In this document: positions 1-11,358 of the stretch, piece by piece | Layout of the letters: each line of letters begins with the position of its first letter | Numbering within the stretch: position 1 is the stretch's first letter | DNA from: Camelus dromedarius | Taxonomy: Eukaryota | Assembly (NCBI RefSeq): GCF_036321535.1 | Contig: NC_087437.1 | Coordinates: 111,168,001 to 111,232,000 of the forward strand | DNA length: 64,000 bases | Reading direction: 5' to 3' | Notes under the pieces: model-generated | Database searches by the model: none | The model's input: the letters and a program-made list of their open reading frames with translations, nothing else | What the model was told of the DNA's origin: nothing | Made by a program: the position numbers and the translations under genes

Positions 1-278
1 TAGAATGATGAAAAGAGGGGAAGATTGAAGCAGCTAAGCAGGGACTGCTTCACTAAGCAGTCAGCCGGCTGGAAGGACTTCTATGAATATTTTCAAGCTA
101 CGACAAAGAGGGGGCATAATTACTTTAGCATTTTGGTAGGTCTAAGAAAACGCACTGTGTGTAGACACAATGAAAAAAAAACCTAATTTGTACCAACATT
201 AAGGTATCAAATCATTTTACTTTAACTTTTGGTTGCTCTCAGCCTGTAGACATTCTTTTTCTCACTTTGGCTGATTGC

Positions 279-386
279 TAGGTGACCAGTTGTCCCAGAT
301 TTCCTGGGCCTGAGAATTTTCCTGGGATGCAAGACTGTCAGTGCTGAAACCGACGCAGTCCAGGGCAGACCAGGGCAGTTTGCCTA
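279..386. mobile_element. MER81-like hAT MITE
   Basis: taggtgaccagttgtccc...gtgctgaaacc...gggcagaccagggcagtt; homologous to 5649-5754. Confidence 0.65.
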
Positions 387-2759
387 GATGCTGACTATAC
401 CGGGTGTCTCATAGCCTATGAGGGTCATGATCTCGGCCTAACCTGTCTGTCCACCAGGGGACACTGAGATATCATAAGGCAACCAGAAATTATGTTTGCA
501 TAGGGATTCCAAATCTCCTTGGAAATGGTGAAGAGATTGCTGGGACTCATGGTTGAGTCTTAGAATACCTACTTGAGCAGTTTGGCTCTAATCAGGGAGG
601 CAAAGCCTGCCCACCGTGGCTGTTATCAGGAGGCATCTGAGTGTTTCAGGAAGGTGGGGGAAATGGCTTGAGATTGCCCTGATTGTCCTGAGGTTCCTGT
701 TCCGATGTAGTGACCAAGATGTTTGATATAGTACTAGATAATGTCTCTCAAACGCTCTCTAGTTTCAACAGAAAGTGTGAGGCTATGTTTTGGGGCCCTG
801 GACATGTGTCACCACTGAGGGAGGACAGTGTTGGTGTTAAGGGCCCTGCAGAAGCAGTGGGAGAGGTGTTTGGACGTTGGCATTGGTAGCAGAGGATGGC
901 TAATCACTTTTCAGTAGCAAAAACTGCATCCATCAAGCTAGACCATCAAATAATGAAAAAAAAAGAGTGAAAACAAAGTGAACAAAAACATCAAATGAGA
1001 GACCATGAGGCTCCTCCAAAAAGAGAAGACATTTAACAGAAACTTAGAAACACAGTAGTAAGTCCTGGTGAGCCTTCCTCCAAACCAAATATGATCTCTG
1101 TTTTGACCCAAGTTGTCAGAGTCTGAAAATCCTGTTTTTCCAGAACAGAGAGACTGGTGCCCTGGAGTTGGATGACCCCCTGGGAAGATTAGGCAAAGGT
1201 ACATATTGGAGGCAGGAATCAGGATCGAGACAGGTTGCTGAAATGTGAAAACAGAAAGAAGGCAGAGAAGTTGAGTTGAAAGCAGCCCAGTCGTGGCTAT
1301 CAGAAGTGATGTGTGGGGCGGGCTATGGAAAGGATATTTAATTAGCCTTCTTGCACATACTGAATCAGCCAGTATTCTTAGTTGTATGCAGGATAAAATG
1401 ACTGGCTGATTAAAGTAGAAAAGGAATTTGCTGCAAGACTAACAGGCATTTCATGGAAGATTCTGGAACTAGAAAGCAAGGGAAAAAAAAATGCCTAAAA
1501 CCACATCACGGAGAGGACAGTTTGATGCCACAGCCTGCCCCAGTGCCGTGGTTTCTGTTGCTGATCCAGGAGCTCCATGCCTCGAATCACCATCCTTCTG
1601 CCATTTCTGCTGCCACTGCTGCCTCTACCTCAGTCTTCCTGCCACTGTCACACACACACATATGCAGAATTCCCTGCCATTCTGGCTTCATAGCAGTACT
1701 TACTCCTCATCTGAAGTCCAGGTGGATGTGTCTGATGTAAGGAATCTGGGTTCAAGGAGGCTGGAGAAGAAAACACCTGCCATTTTCAGCATCTATCAGG
1801 TTGCCTTTGTATCCCTTGGAGACTCAGTGTGGGGAACGAGAGGCTGGCTAGTCAGGGAGAACGACAATGGTCCTTTAGCTGCCACCCCTTTGGTGGCCCA
1901 ACAGCAGCATATACTCTTATCCTTATACGTTCTACCTAACAACCATCATTCATGCCATTGAAAATATGCTCCCCGCTCCTAAGTCTCATTGGTTCTGGGT
2001 CCAGCTTGGAGCTCAGGCTCCCTGGACCATGACCATTTCTCATCTTTTCCATAATGAACCCGTTTTGATATTTTGTAACCTCTGGGAAAAGTTGTAAAAG
2101 TGATCACCATCACCCGATACAAAATAGTGGGAGAAGGAAGAAAATTAATTATAGTACCAACATGTATATTTTAGTGAGGAAGAAAGTTATGGTGCTCATT
2201 TCTGTATTTGTTCAAGAGTATAAAGCTGATAAATATATCTTCCCTTCACTACCACCATGTGTTTTTTGAACTCAAATAGCACCTCCCCTTGCCAGAATTC
2301 TGTACCTGATGAAATGATACAAATCTTCATTCCAAGAGTTTGGAAATATTGGTGGTCTTGCCTGAAGAGGATTTCTATAACCCTTGATTGACTTTACCAC
2401 TGGACACAGCAATTTTAGGAGGCAGCCCAGGGATCGTGGGTTCCATCTACCTCCTGGTTGCCTTCAGCTTGGAGGAGCAGCCCTATTTCCCCCTTGATAG
2501 TCAAGAGCAATCAAACTCAACCAACATCACATCTCCCCTCCACCCTTTTTTTTTGGTCTGTTTGACAAGCTATTTCTGGGTGAAAATGTGCAATGTAGGA
2601 TCAGTGGATTATAAATTCAGCAGCCCATGGACTTTTTTCCCCTGCAACGTGTGTTCTTTAGACAGGCACAATGTGATGGTTGATGGTGATGCTAACCAAA
2701 AAAATGGCAGGTGTAGAAAGCAAGTCCAAATCCAGAATAAGTGTTTATATCCATGAGGA

Positions 2760-3260
2760 CAAATGCTGATGCCTCATGGTAGAAAGGAATAAATTCAGTC
2801 AATTCACTACCATCCAGGGAAGACAATATTAGGAGGATAAAGGATGGTTCATGCTACCTTAGCTTGCAAGTTGGACTTCATGCTGGAGGGAGCCAGATTA
2901 GCCTCAGTGAAGGGAAATCTGTGTCTTTGAGTTCATCAGTATGTTCCATTACCACTTCCGTGGCCACTTTGTTTACAGGCCCATTGAACAATCACTGGGG
3001 TGGCTGGGGAGAAGGTTGACCAATAGTTACAGGAGTGGATGTCTTGTCTGCTGGTTTATTTAGTACCTTTCCTTCTGGGGAGTGAGAATGTTTAGGTGAG
3101 TATACACTTGGGGCACTTTCCCAGAAGCACATCCACGTGCCTTCTCAAACCTCCTTGTTACTAATTCTCCAATGTTGTTCTTTTCAAGTTCATGACCAGT
3201 CATCCAAACATTAGCTGCAGCCCACAGCCCAAGAATCCTATAATGCTTCACCTTAAGCCA
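2760..3260 (-). mobile_element. Decayed ERVL internal (pol/RNase H-like) fragment; further probable fragments at ~400-900 and ~1490-2520
   Basis: Reverse complement contains gattcttgggctg...gctaatgtttgg...tggtcatgaacttgaaaagaac, resembling the ERVL DSWAVANGLAGWSGTW-coding region. Confidence 0.5.
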
Positions 3261-3976
3261 TCTTACAAGAACATATATTTCATTTATTTGCCAATGGCAT
3301 CATTGCCTAAATGCTGCTTTTTACAGCTTAAGTTGGTATTTTAGCAATTTTTCATTATCAATGAAAATCCTTTATGCAATCAGTTTTAATGGCTAGGTAA
3401 GATTTCATCCAATGAATGTATTAGGTTTCTAAAGAGCAGGGGTCTGAGAGAGATCCTGTTGGACAATGAGGTGGCCCATGTCATTCCTTGACTCTTCTGC
3501 AACTTTTCCAAATCTGTCTCAAAGTATCATGTTCTCTACTTGCCTCTCGCCATGAGTCATGGCTGTCCCGGAAACCAATGTGATCTGAAGAAGCAAAGGT
3601 TAATTACATACAATGGATCAGGAGCAGAAATTCAGTCAACAATTTTTTTTTGTTTATTTAATTGATTACTTCTTTTTGACACTCCATAGGTCTTGGTGAA
3701 GAAGCAGAACACAGATACAAATATATGACACGTTGGGTTCAAAATCTTTGCATGTGTTTTCTTATCCAGTTTTCACAGTAACCCTACGAAGTGTTATCAC
3801 CAAAGTAGAGAAAAGGTGAAGACCTTGTCCAGGGTTTCACGTTGCTGATCTAACACCACAATCTGCACAGGGCAGTCTGACTCTCTGATGTTATTCTAAA
3901 TGTGATCTCAAATGATTTGAATCAGATGCTTTCCTGGCGAAGAAGGACATGAATAAAGAACATCAAGAAGCTGGTA

Positions 3977-4115
3977 GGAGGAGGGTATATCTCAGTGGTA
4001 CAGTGCATGCCTAGCATGCATGAGGTCCTGGGTTCAATCCTCAGTACCTCTATTAATAATAAATAAACCTAATTACCTTTGTATCCTCAATAAACAAATG
4101 AAAAAAAAAAAAAAA
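3977..4115 (+). mobile_element. tRNA-derived SINE (camelid Vic-1-like)
   Basis: A/B-box head (ctcagtggt...ggttcaatcc), aaataaacctaattacc tail, poly(A), perfect TSD aagaagctggt (3965-3975 / 4116-4126). Confidence 0.9.
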
Positions 4116-5648
4116 AAGAAGCTGGTGGATATTTTGCTCTTAAAATGGCAGCAGGATAGATACCCCACAATGTGATTTATAGCAGCCCCTAGTTACTTAG
4201 AACAGGTTGAAGGACTTCAAATGATTTCTTTGGGAGAAGAACTTCTGCACAAACCAGAAATGGGAGAAATTCTGCTTGACTCTTTCCTCTGACTCTCTCT
4301 CACTCCTCAGTTGACCCGGGTTCCTTATCTTAACAGGAGAGAGGGAAGTCTCATAACAAACCTTCACCTGATTGACTCCCCAGCTTAATGGACACTCTCC
4401 ATTCCCCCCAAAACACAAGCTAACGGATGGGCGGTAAGTTGAATTTCATGCTAACTTACCACTCTCATCCACTTTCAGATTTTGCTGCTGTGTTTATCAA
4501 GCCAGGTTTTAGTTCCCAAATATTTGTATGCTTGTTGTACATATTACTGTAACTAATTAATCAAATTAAATATTATGTGAACCATTTTTAAAAAATAAAT
4601 TGAACATCAACAAAGTGCCAAGCTTTTGTTCTTCATGCTTGGAATAAATTGGTAAACAAAGAAACAAAGATTTTTTTTTCACATAACATATTCTATGCAA
4701 AAACCAATCTACCTCATAGAGTTGTGTCTATGAGAACTAAGCTGAAAGCTTCTGTGAGACTCAACAAATGTGAGCTGCTCAAAAATTATGCTTCATTTGT
4801 TGTGGCGGAGACAACTGTAAAAAGATTTGAAAAAATATTGCAAGAATCTAGAAGGATTTCACACTCAGAACACTTCACAAGTATCTTTAAATTCTTGTTC
4901 TATTTGAAAGTAGTCAAAACTAGAAATATATGGATGTGATTTATACAAGAAAAACAACGAAGACTTACAATCAGCAAAACCATACCCAAGAAAGGCTTTG
5001 GGTATTCCTAGAAGGTAGGTGAAGAAATGGACATTTACATGTTTTAAGTTAAAAAGAAGTGTTTACGGTAAGTATGTATCTTTTTATTTTCTTAAACGGA
5101 TTTTCACTATAAGTGGTCTTTATTGATTGGCAACCAGCAACTAGTCCCAACTGATGACCGAGCTTCTACTCTATTTTTCAAGGACCAGTTGAATCAGAAT
5201 CATCAGGGGAGCTGCAGTGCAGAATTGGAAGTTCTGAGGATGGGCTCAGGGAACCTGCATTTAAACCCCGGTTGGGACTGACTGAGAAGTGTTGGCCTCT
5301 CAGAGCTCTTGTACCAATCAGGGCAAAATCCCTTCTTGGTCTGGACCTTCAATCTTGAGGATGGGGGCTCAAGACATCACTTGGTGGGAAGTGAAACCTT
5401 AGAGGTGAAACCTTTTGAGGGTCTTATTTTGTATTGTGTCATAGCCAAGACCTAGTATTTAAGGTGATGAAGTCAATGTGCAATTCTCGGTGCCCAAATT
5501 GGGTATACCAAGGAGATGAAGAAAGGACACTTGTTCATAATCTTAGGACAAGTTTAGCATGTGAATCAGTAGATTATCTACTAGACAGTATACAGCATAG
5601 TTAATGGCAAAATCACATGGTACTGATCCTGCAGGGTCAGAAGAGTCT

Positions 5649-5754
5649 CAGGGTGACCGACCATCCCGGTCGGCCAAGGGGTTTCCTGGGACATGGGACT
5701 TGCAGTGTTAAAACTGAGACAGTCCTGGGCAACCCAGGACAGTTGGTCACTATA
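5649..5754. mobile_element. MER81-like hAT MITE
   Basis: Terminal inverted repeats agggtgacc / ggtcacta; internal gggactt.cagtg.taaaac. Confidence 0.75.
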
Positions 5755-6792
5755 GAGAAGGACTGATTTACAAGCAAGCATAGCTGGGGAAGGCTTTGTA
5801 GAGGAGGGAGACAACTGAGTGGGCGTCAGAGTCTAGAAGAACCTACAGCCGCCAAGAGCTAGGGGAGGAGGGGGAGAATTCTAACGCGAATGCTTCAGCG
5901 GCTTCACAGATTCCCGGCACTATCAGTTTAGATCCAGGCATTTAAAACCCAGTGTGTTTTTAGTGCTTACTTGGCATGTTGCTACAAGAAGTGTGACAGA
6001 GCTAAGTGGTTCTGCAAGCTTGAGAGAGAACAGTTCACACGCGCACCCACCTCCGAGTACAGGCTAATTAGCTCATGTTTGCAGGAGCCTCGGAGCATGT
6101 GCAGCACAGCCCGGAAACCCGGATATCATTAAGCAGCTAGAGCCACCTTCAAAAATTCACGTTTCTGCCCCTCCATCAGCCCTTATTTCTTCTCGATTCC
6201 TTTGAAATAGCTGGTTCCCTGCAGATGTCAGCATGAACCTCTCACCAGAATAGAGAGGCCATGGTGCCTGACTTGTGTGTAAAAGGGATTACATGCAAGC
6301 AGCCCAGAGCCCAGACTGCGTTACTGGTGGGTAGCTGGGCCAATTTCTGAAGTGTGCTGTGGGCTTCCTGATCGAGAGCTGTTGCTTTTCTCCTCCCTGC
6401 CTCTCCTCTGGTTGGCCTGTTCATAGATATCCTTTACAGATCTCTCATATGTCGTTCACATACCGTACATGTACCATCATAGACCATATGACATTGTCAA
6501 TAGATAACATCTGTCTTGTTATTAGAAATGTGCTAATGTGACATTACGGCCAAAAACACTGAGCAGCAGCCCACACTCTCCCCTGAGCTCAGGCCTATTC
6601 CCAATGCCTCTGGGATGGGGCAGAAGTGGGAAAGGGTTCAGCACAGATGCTCCTGCCCTCTCCGGAGCTGCTGCTGAAGGGGAGGGGCGAGCTGGGGCCC
6701 CACTTCCTGAGCCTGCTTCCTATTCATGGGCAGCTTAAAGCTTAGCCAAGCAAAACAGCGCTGGTGGATGGCTGAACTCCCAAAAGCATGCC

Positions 6793-7015
6793 TGTATATA
6801 GATGTATGTGTGTATATGTATTTATGTGTGAGTGTGCATGTGGTCTGTATGTGTTTAAGTGTGTGTTTTGCATGTGCACACGTGTGCTGGTTTGTATGTT
6901 ATGTACATGTCTGTGGGTATGAGCATGTGTACATGTGTATATGACTATGTATGTGTTTGGGGAATGATGCATATATGTGTATGGTGTGTGTGTGTCCATG
7001 TGCACACATGCACAT
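6793..7015. repeat. Degenerate (TG/TA)n low-complexity tract
   Basis: Alternating purine-pyrimidine gtgt/atgt/gcat units. Confidence 0.9.
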
Positions 7016-8298
7016 GGCCTTGAGGGATCACAGAAAGTTGATGGTTATGTTCTGGACTTCAGCTGGTTAACAGGCTTGCCAACCCCCGAATGTGGGTGCA
7101 GAGACATTCCCCTCCTCCTTGTTCTGGTTGTGGAGCGGGTATGTGAGACAGCACTGGGGGAGGGGGGTGGTAGCAGGAGCAGAGCCCAGGCTGAGTGGGA
7201 GGCCTGTCTCCATGCCTGGACTTGCCTCTTGTCATCGCCTCTCTCCTGGTCAGAGTGTGAGGCAGTGGGGATTACAGCTGAGTTACGCCATGAACAATAA
7301 CTGGTCTTAGACATCCTGCCAATCTGTGGATCTGCTGGAAGCAGTTCACCTGGTCATTGTTGCTAAGCAATAGAATATGAATTGTGTTTTGTGGCCCCAC
7401 ACTTGGCTAGCATTTCATGGATAAAAAAGCACAGATGTTGGTAAGTCAGCCTTGGCTGGGTCACGCTCACGTGAGTGGTCCTGCCCAGTTCCAGAGCTTG
7501 TTTGGATAATTCCAATTCTTGGCCAGTCCACCAGACAGGGTGAATGGAATGAGGAGTCAGCAAAGCTGATTTTCTTTGAAACTTTCAGAGTCTAAACGTC
7601 AAGAATGTTGCAAGATCGCTGTTAACGATTCTTGAAAAATCAAGATGGCGGTAGAATGTACACTAGCCATTTACTACTTCACAGTGGAGGAAGGGATGGC
7701 ATGTTACTCAACAGAGCAAAGTTTTAAAAACCCAGGGAGGTCGGATGGGATGTTAGAGAAGCCAAGAACACGGGCACCACTCACTGTCATGAGCCCCAGA
7801 GTCTGAAAACCAGGACTTCTTGGCATCATAGATTCTTGGGCTTTCTCTCTTGGCAGGCTTAGGTGAGGGCAACAAGTTCCTTTGCCTGTGGGTGTTTTTT
7901 TTTCCCCAGCAGTGGCGCTCACGTAGGTTATTGCGCAACTGGCCCATCATCCAAAGTGGCCTTAAGAGAAGGAAGTGATATGTAAATAGGGATTAGGAGC
8001 TAATTAAAGGTGACATCCTCTCCTCCCTCATATTAGGTCTTTAAACAGCCACATCTAATACCTGAATGGCCCGTGACTCAATGTGTACATGATCACACAT
8101 TTGAAGCCACTCCTTCAGATGAGAAAGTGCCTGTCTCCCCCCAACAGGGCTTCAACAAGTTGGTCCCTGGCCACTGCTTTTCCCGTGCTGTAGAGATGAT
8201 GGGTCCCCTTGATCTGCAGTGAGACAAAATAGTGCTGACAACCATCTGACTAGCTTCCTGTCTTCCCTCTGCCCTTCATCCCTTTCTTTCATCATTGT

Positions 8299-8386
8299 TA
8301 TTTTTCAACTTTTTTTTGTTTAAAAAAATTTACAATTTTTATACAATTTTTAAAGGTTACCTTCCACATACAGTTGCTGCAATATT
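8299..8386 (-). mobile_element. Very short L1 3' tail insertion
   Basis: tatacaatttttaaaggttac...tacagtt motif flanked by tttcatcattgt (8287-8298) / tttcaccattgt (8387-8398). Confidence 0.55.
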
Positions 8387-8531
8387 TTTCACCATTGTCC
8401 GTAGAGAACCTCGGAATGCCTTTTTGAAAAAATTATATCTTAAGTCCACTTCATATTTTTCCAACACTCATTTTAAACGTAGGAACTTCACATTTTGGTC
8501 TTCCTCATAAGCATTGCTTACGTTATAGATT

Positions 8532-8708
8532 AGTGCTGCCTGACAAGACTTTCCGCAGTGATGGAAATGTTCTCTATCTACATGTGGCTCTTGAGCACCC
8601 AAGTGTGATCAGTGCGCCTAAAAAATGGCATTTTAACTTTTAGTTCATTTTACCATTTAAATTTAAATAGCTGCAGGTGGCTAGTGGCTACAGTACTGAA
8701 CAGCGCTG
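8532..8708. mobile_element. MER3-like hAT-Charlie MITE
   Basis: gatggaaatgttctctatct...atttaaatagc...gtggctagtggcta...acagcgctg. Confidence 0.75.
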
Positions 8709-9719
8709 TTGTAGAACACGGATGTAGCTCCAAGGCTTTCCTCCCTGGCTGCACCCTCCAAATCTCAGTTCAGCTGAGTTTTTTTCTTTTTCCCTTAGGT
8801 GATCCAGGCACCCTCCATCGCCCCCCTCCAGGCTCCTTGACACCAGAGGAGGAAAGCAAACACTCAGCTCATTGCCCTGCAATTTCTCTGCAAGCTCTCA
8901 GACTCCTTCACACCGTGAGTGGGAAGGTGGGTTGGGAGAGGCTTACTGAAATGTTAGTGATACGCGTGAGAAAATTTCAGTTCTTCGCCAAGCATTTTCT
9001 TTGTTGACACAACAAGTCTATCTGCTTACGTGGAGAGGAAAGCAATGACCAGCCCTGAAATGAAGGGCCTGAGTCCCAGGTGGGTTATATTTCTATTCCA
9101 GTTTCACGTATGCTTAAACTAATGTGAGTTCTTAGAGTTATGTATGCTTGAAGGTGCAATGTTACAAATGTTTTAGGGGAAAGCATGTGGGAATTACAGT
9201 TACGTAACCAGAGAAGAATTTGAAGAGATTTGAAGAGTCCTGGGTTGGCGTGGAGGAAAGCAGCTGGGTTTAAGCTTCTGACTAAGGCACTGTCTCTCCA
9301 GGACAGAGTAATCTGACTGTAATCAGATGATATTGGCAAAGACCTGGGATAAGGAAGATGACTGGGAAGGGTTGACTTACATAAACAGGTTCCTGGCAAA
9401 AGAAAGGGACAAGGAATGTCCAAGGCAGAAAAAATAAAGTGCAGACTTTTTAGTAAAAGTCAATTGCAATTATTAAGCCCCGAAAGGAGAAAGTGGCTAA
9501 AAAGGCGATCTAGCACAGACAATGCCATACACCTGGAAAAGCTCTAAGAGTCTAAGATAGCTCATCATGGTCAGGGAAACAAGACAGACGGGGCCTGCCT
9601 GAGATCAGGTGTCAGGCAGTGACCACGTAAGGAAGCAATTCCCAGGGCCGGGAAGAGTCCTTGGTTAAAATAGTGAGAGGGAGCCCCTGCATTATTTGGC
9701 CACCCAGCTATTTCACTCA

Positions 9720-10052
9720 GCTCAGGTCGCCATGCCAAAATACCATTGACTAGATGGCTTAAATGACAGAGATTAACTTTCCTCACAGCTCTGGAGGTTG
9801 GGTGCTGACCAGTTTGGTTCCTGGTGAGAGCTCTTTTCCTGGAGAGGGATGGAGGTGAAAGAGAGAGAGGGAGGAACTGCTCTCTGTTGTCTCTTCTAAT
9901 AAGGGCACTAATCCTTTCATGAGGGTCTCATCCTCATGACCTCATCTAACCCTAATCTCCTCTCAAAAGCACCATCTCCAGATACCATTCCATTGGAAGT
10001 TAGGGCTTCACATATGAATTTAGGGGGGAAGACAAACATTAAGAACATAACA
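9720..10052 (-). mobile_element. MLT1 (MaLR) LTR
   Basis: ataccattgactagatggctta...cctcatgacctcatctaaccctaat...gggcttcacatatgaattt. Confidence 0.7.
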
Positions 10053-10059
10053 CCAAGGT

Positions 10060-10204
10060 GGGGAGGGTATAGCTCAGTGGTCGAGCACATGCTTAACATG
10101 CACAAGGTCCTGGGTTCAATCCCCAGTACCTCCACTTAAAAAAATAAATAAATAAACCTAATTACCTCCCCCCTCACAAAAAAGAAAAATAATAATTTAA
10201 AAAA
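10060..10204 (+). mobile_element. tRNA-derived SINE (camelid Vic-1-like)
   Basis: ggggagggtatagctcagtggt...gggttcaatccccagtacctcc head with an A-rich tail, at the end of an MLT1 LTR. Confidence 0.9.
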
Positions 10205-10710
10205 AGGACATCACAGCTATTCAACAAATATTTTTTGAGCACCTACTGTGTGCTATAGTTGTACTGATGAGTAAAACACTGTCTCTGCCTCAAGGAACTC
10301 AATGCAAACAGTAACAACCCAAAGAGGCAAGCGCTGTAATAGAGAAAGTGCCAGGAATGCACAGAGGATGAGGGACAAACTCTGTGTGGGAGAAGATTTC
10401 ATGGGAAGGTGACATTTGAGCAAGCCTTGAAGGACAAGGGAGGCACAGAGGGGGTGATTCCAGACAGAGGTGACAGATGCAACACGTCAGGGAGGTGGTC
10501 AAGGCACAGTGTGCTCTGAGGTCTGTGTTGATGTGCTGGATTGTGGGGTGGGGATGGTGGCACAGGCCAGCACAGGTAAGGGGGAGATGATGTCAAAGAG
10601 GCCTAGTGGGCTTGGGAGAGGGACTAGATGTGCCATATTAAGGACCTCGAACCTGATCCCAAAGGAAACGGACAACGTGCTGATTTATGTGTAGGAATCT
10701 AATGAGCATT

Positions 10711-11358
10711 GTATTAATTTGCTGTCGTAACAAAATACCACAGACTAGGTGGCTGAGACAACAGACACTTATTTTCTCACAATCCTGGAGGCCAGAAGTC
10801 TGAGATCAAGGCATTGGCAGGTTTGATTTCTTCTGAGGCCTCTCCCCATCTTCTCCGTCTGTCTTCACACAATCTTCCTCTATGTGTGCGTGTCAGTGTC
10901 TGAATTTCCTCCTCTTATGAGAAAACCAGTCATACTGGATTAGGTTCCTCCCAACCCTGGCCAAAGACCTTCTTTTAACTTATGTATTCTTTATTTATTT
11001 AAAAAAGAATTTTATTTATTTTTAAAATTTTGTTGGTGGGGAGGAAATTGGGTTTATTTATTTAAAATTTATTTTTAAAGCTTTTTTTAAGCTCTTTTTA
11101 AAAAAATATGTCCAATTTTTATTTATTTATTTGGGGGAGATAATTTATTTTATATATATATATATATATTAGTGGAGGTACTGGGGGTTGAATCCAGGAC
11201 CTCGTGCATGCTAGGCATACACTCTACCACTGAGCTATACCCTCCCCCCTTAACTTACATACTCTTTAAAGATCTTATCTCCAAATATGGTTACATTCTG
11301 AGGTACTGGGGGTTAGGGCTTCTACAAGTAAATTTTGGGAGGACACAACTAAGTCCAT
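10711..11358 (-). mobile_element. MLT1 (MaLR) LTR interrupted by a SINE
   Basis: gtaacaaaataccacagactaggtggct...ggaggccagaagtctgagatcaagg...cacattctgaggtactggggg. Confidence 0.75.
10994..11249 (-). mobile_element. tRNA-derived SINE (camelid Vic-1-like) with extended, duplicated tail
   Basis: Head at 11172-11249; imperfect 19-bp TSD ttaacttatgtattcttta / ttaacttacatactcttta; nested in an MLT1 LTR. Confidence 0.88.

Noticed and set aside
10060..10135. tRNA-like sequences here and at ~3977, 11172, 28585 and 32310
   Set aside because: They have A-rich tails, TSDs in most cases and mutual divergence, so they are SINE heads rather than tRNA genes.
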